Assembly: GCA_016432365.1 (NCBI GenBank)
Contig: CP066686.1
Span: forward strand, 793,501-857,500
Direction of reading: 5' to 3'
Length of the DNA: 64,000 bases
From: Candidatus Woesebacteria bacterium
GTDB taxonomy: Bacteria; Patescibacteriota; Microgenomatia; UBA8517
Shown: positions 61,029 through 64,000 of the stretch, in pieces
Position numbering within the stretch: the first letter of the stretch is position 1
Layout: every line of letters begins with the position of its first letter
Made by a program: the position numbers and the translations under genes
Notes under the pieces: generated by a model
Databases searched by the model: none
What the model was told of the DNA's origin: nothing
The model's input: the letters and a program-made list of their open reading frames with translations, nothing else

Positions 61029-61799
61029 TTATCCGCCCCAGTGAGTGGCTATATACATTGCAATAAAAACTAACGTTCCTACTACAAGGTGTTCCCTAAC
61101 GATTGTGGGAAAAAGACGATCTTCAAGTTTGGCTTGACCAAGTCCTAATAGCATATAAAAACTCACTGTTAAGAACAGTGATCCTACCATCACGGTTACC
61201 GGCCAAAAATATAAAGCGCCTCCAATTTCAGCAGTAACAAGTGAGCAAATCAAAGAAAGTTTTAGCATATCTTTTGAAAATTCTTTTTCCAATACCACCG
61301 ACCAAAAACCCTGAAAGTAAAGAGGTAGTGAAATGACTAATATAAGAGGTATTAAATAATAAATTTCTGCCTTGAGAGAAAGTACGGCATCAAAGACAAA
61401 AAAGGAAGTAATTAAGGTGAGGACAAACCCCACTCCCCTTGCCGCCCGCAAAAGAGCAATTGTACGGATCGCCGCCACAGTGTAAATATTCATTGTAAGA
61501 CTTAAAACGTACATCCCGACTGCGTAAAATATTACAATAGGTATTCTTGTAAAAACGCTTGCAGGAAGTAGAAACCAAAAAATTCCAACGCCCAATGTGA
61601 AGACGGTAGGAAGAACTAAAGTGAGGAGAGTCATATCACGTCCAAGGTTTCCCCATAACGACCATCCAAAAAGGATTGTTGTAAAGATTCCTAAAACGCC
61701 GATTGCCCAAAGCCTGTTTACATCCGTTAAAAATTGAATGCCCACAAAACCAAGTGACAGAAGGAGTGAGGCGATAACAAAACGGCGGCGTTTAGACAT
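61029..61799 (-). CDS. hypothetical polytopic membrane protein
   Basis: About 7-8 predicted TM helices. No family recognised. Confidence 0.45.
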   Translation of the reverse strand: MSKRRRFVIASLLLSLGFVGIQFLTDVNRLWAIGVLGIFTTILFGWSLWGNLGRDMTLLTLVLPTVFTLGVGIFWFLLPASVFTRIPIVIFYAVGMYVLSLTMNIYTVAAIRTIALLRAARGVGFVLTLITSFFVFDAVLSLKAEIYYLIPLILVISLPLYFQGFWSVVLEKEFSKDMLKLSLICSLVTAEIGGALYFWPVTVMVGSLFLTVSFYMLLGLGQAKLEDRLFPTIVREHLVVGTLVFIAMYIATHWGG

Positions 61800-61802
61800 A
61801 TT

Positions 61803-61841
61803 CTAGTATCTAGCTACTAGTTACTAGATACTAGTAGCTAG
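61803..61841. promoter_or_regulatory. CTAG-rich quasi-palindromic motif TAGTATCTAGCTACTAGTTACTAGATACTAGTAGCTAG
   Basis: Lies between the yebC stop and the membrane-protein start. Matches the motif upstream of pilM (13663-13699) at 21 of 24 positions. Confidence 0.45.
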
Positions 61842-62570
61842 TTTATTCATTACTTCATCCGGAATTTCGACATTGGTAAAAACCTTTTGAACATCTTCAA
61901 GCTCGTCCAGTGCATCTAAAAACTTGACCACTTTTGATGCTTGATTGGGATCAGAGATTGCTTGTAAGTTCTTAGGTTTCATCTGAAGCTCAACTTGAGT
62001 GATTTCAAAACCTTTGGCCAATAGATCTTTGTGGATCTCACCAAGTTTTTCAGGGGCAGTATAAACCTCAATACCATCTTCAGTTTCATTAACATCTTCT
62101 ACCCCACCTTCAATTAAAGATAACATTTCGCCCTCCGGGTCGTCGGTTTTTTTAACAAGCATAAAACCCTTGCTCTCAAAATTAAACGAAACCGCCCCAG
62201 GCCCGGCTAGGTTTCCCCCATTTTTATCAAAAACATTTTTCATCTCTTGAGCTGTTCTATTTTTATTATCACTTGCAACATTAACCATAACAGAAATTCC
62301 TGCAGGCCCATAACCTTCGTACATAATTTCTTCCAAACTGGCGGCGTCTGTGGTAGCTTTAGCTATTGCGCGGTCGATATTTTCCCTCGGCATACTCACG
62401 GCCCTGGCTTTATCAATTTCAAATCTTAACTTGAAGTTCATGTCGGGGTCTGCTCCACCTTTGGCCGCTATCATAATTGCACGAGCCATTTTGCTAAAAA
62501 CATTTCCCTTAGCCGCATCGTTTATGGCCTTCTGTCTTTTAATGGTGGCGAAGTGACTATGACCGCTCAT
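61824..62570 (-). CDS. yebC: YebC/PmpR-family transcriptional regulator
   Basis: MSGHSHFATIKRQK...KGGADPDMNFKLR. Start trimmed to the family-typical MSGHS, whereas the ORF track extends to 62717. Confidence 0.8.
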   Translation of the reverse strand: MSGHSHFATIKRQKAINDAAKGNVFSKMARAIMIAAKGGADPDMNFKLRFEIDKARAVSMPRENIDRAIAKATTDAASLEEIMYEGYGPAGISVMVNVASDNKNRTAQEMKNVFDKNGGNLAGPGAVSFNFESKGFMLVKKTDDPEGEMLSLIEGGVEDVNETEDGIEVYTAPEKLGEIHKDLLAKGFEITQVELQMKPKNLQAISDPNQASKVVKFLDALDELEDVQKVFTNVEIPDEVMNKLATSI

Positions 62571-62610
62571 ATCAATTGGTATTATAACAGAATTTTTAAC
62601 CGCGAAGTAC

Positions 62611-63351
62611 TTGACAGAAACTTCTCTCTCTTTATACTCAATTACAACGGTGGAAAATACTCTTGCCCAGAAAGCTATAGACTTCGCATTAAGCGGAAAG
62701 TGGAACGATGCAGTCAAAGTTAATCTTCAATTACTTGAAGATAACTCCCTAGATGTGGATGCCCTAAATAGACTTGCCAGGGCTTATTCAGAACTCGGTA
62801 AACTTCGGGAAGCCAGAAGTGCTGCATTAAAAGTAATCGATATCGATCCTCTAAATCCAATCGCTCTCAAATGTTTGGAGAAATGGAAATCCATAAAAAG
62901 CCTGGAAAAAAATCATTCTCAAGTTATCAGCGTTGATTCTTTCCTTGAGGAACCGGGTAAAACAAAACTTGTCACTTTGGTGAATACGGGCGATGAAAAG
63001 ACTTTCGCAACTACCGACCCGGGTGAAGAAGTTAAGCTTTCTGCGAATGGTCACAGAGTTACAATCTTGACCCAAGAGGACAAATACTTGGGACGTCTTC
63101 CCGATGATATTTCCGCCAGACTAAAAAATCTGATTAAAAGCGGGTATAAATATCAAGTACTCATAAAGTCAATTGACCCCAGGGAAGTAACTGTGTTTAT
63201 GAGAGAAACAGAAAAAGGAAATGGAGACAATAAAATGGTTTCGTTTCCGACCGAAAAAATTGAATATGTAAGCTTTACCCCTCCCGAACTTGTCCACAAA
63301 GACGAACCGCTTGAGATAGGTGAAGATTTAGAAGAAGCGGAGGGAGCTTAA
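62611..63351 (+). CDS. hypothetical protein with an N-terminal TPR-like helical region
   Basis: LAQKAIDFALSGKWNDAVKVNLQLLEDNSLDVDALNRLARAYSELGKLREA. Acidic C-terminal tail. Confidence 0.4.
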   Translation: MTETSLSLYSITTVENTLAQKAIDFALSGKWNDAVKVNLQLLEDNSLDVDALNRLARAYSELGKLREARSAALKVIDIDPLNPIALKCLEKWKSIKSLEKNHSQVISVDSFLEEPGKTKLVTLVNTGDEKTFATTDPGEEVKLSANGHRVTILTQEDKYLGRLPDDISARLKNLIKSGYKYQVLIKSIDPREVTVFMRETEKGNGDNKMVSFPTEKIEYVSFTPPELVHKDEPLEIGEDLEEAEGA

Positions 63352-63359
63352 AATTTAAA

Positions 63360-63977
63360 TTAAAAAGTTTTAGGGAATTCCGAACCCAATTTCACTTCCA
63401 AATCGAAATCAGTTTCTTCGTTAACAGCTTTGCATCCGAGTAAGTTAATCACTTTTTTAACCAGCCCTTTATCGCGACCCGACGTCTCACAACCAAAGCC
63501 CCTCACCCCCTGGCTTTTATCAATTGAGACAACTTTACCTCCCATTACTTCAAATATCCTCCCCACTTCCTGGGAGATATCAGGCCGCCCCGTTGAGTCA
63601 ATGATATAAATTTTAATATTTTTCCCAGTTAGGGCGGGTTTAATAAAATCGTTATCGGAAAAGTAGACTGTGAGTCTCCCTGAGGTCTCTCCGGGAATTA
63701 TAAAACCGCTCTTCCCATCGGTTAAGGTCCGTTTGACAACAAATTGACTCTTGGCTAAATCTATTTCCGTTTTATCAAGATTTTTAACTTTGAGCGAATA
63801 TAAAGCGATCGACACTCTGTCTCCAAGCGATATATTCGTCATTTTCGGGAAAAATACAAATTTAAAAAGATTGGACATATTACTTTTCCCAATGCTTCGT
63901 CCCAATTCGTCTGACCAAAGAAAAACGGGAAAAGAAAAATTTTTAGCTATAGTTTTAACTAAAATCTGCCCACCCAA
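63360..63977 (-). CDS. hypothetical protein (possibly LytR_C-like)
   Basis: 205-aa ORF. Weak resemblance to the LytR C-terminal domain (IYIIDSTGRPDISQEVGRI). Confidence 0.3.
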   Translation of the reverse strand: MGGQILVKTIAKNFSFPVFLWSDELGRSIGKSNMSNLFKFVFFPKMTNISLGDRVSIALYSLKVKNLDKTEIDLAKSQFVVKRTLTDGKSGFIIPGETSGRLTVYFSDNDFIKPALTGKNIKIYIIDSTGRPDISQEVGRIFEVMGGKVVSIDKSQGVRGFGCETSGRDKGLVKKVINLLGCKAVNEETDFDLEVKLGSEFPKTF

Positions 63978-64000
63978 TTTTTCATTTAAACCAAGTTGCC

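Noticed and set aside
62571-62717. N-terminal 50-aa extension of the yebC ORF in the ORF track (start at 62717)
   Set aside because: YebC-family proteins begin MSGHS.. and the extension is not family-like. Using it would also overlap the divergent TPR-like gene. The start was trimmed to 62570.

Overview
This window looks like a low-GC (~40%), gene-dense genome of the CPR/Patescibacteria type. I infer that from the many small proteins, a heavy type IV pilus gene load and weak Shine-Dalgarno sites; the lineage cannot be confirmed without a database search. Housekeeping genes: M20 peptidase, two divergent tyrosyl-tRNA synthetase paralogs, recG, ksgA, rpmF-nusB-acp-rnc-rpsP-KH, bifunctional Rel, holB-like, gyrB and gyrA separated by ~9 kb, metK, ppa, yebC and yfiH. 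A large type IV pilus system sits on the minus strand: pilMNO (11.4-13.6 kb), pilBTC (30.2-34.3 kb) and a tandem array of ten pilin-like genes plus the prepilin peptidase (21.3-27.6 kb). Several pilin leaders and nearby intergenic spacers carry heptanucleotide tandem repeats. A CTAG-rich ~24-nt motif recurs upstream of pilMNO, in the pilB/holB divergent region and upstream of a membrane-protein gene. The gyrB-gyrA gap holds a surface-protein island: a metzincin-like protein, a pseudo-sortase, a 1408-aa surface protein, and a sortase gene overlapping its probable substrate. It also holds one GC-rich, probably acquired, secreted-protein gene. The best candidates for something new are (i) a 578-aa protein whose only recognisable part is a class-I release-factor GGQ domain (54.0-55.8 kb), preceded by an ORF split at an A9 tract, (ii) three divergent ~180-aa CxxCG-motif paralogs next to a tyrosine recombinase and an ORF-free 770-bp region (56.2-61.0 kb), and (iii) a NUDIX / truncated-PPase / GNAT / CYTH / NUDIX nucleotide-phosphate cluster (27.7-30.2 kb). 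I found no rRNA, tRNA or CRISPR array.
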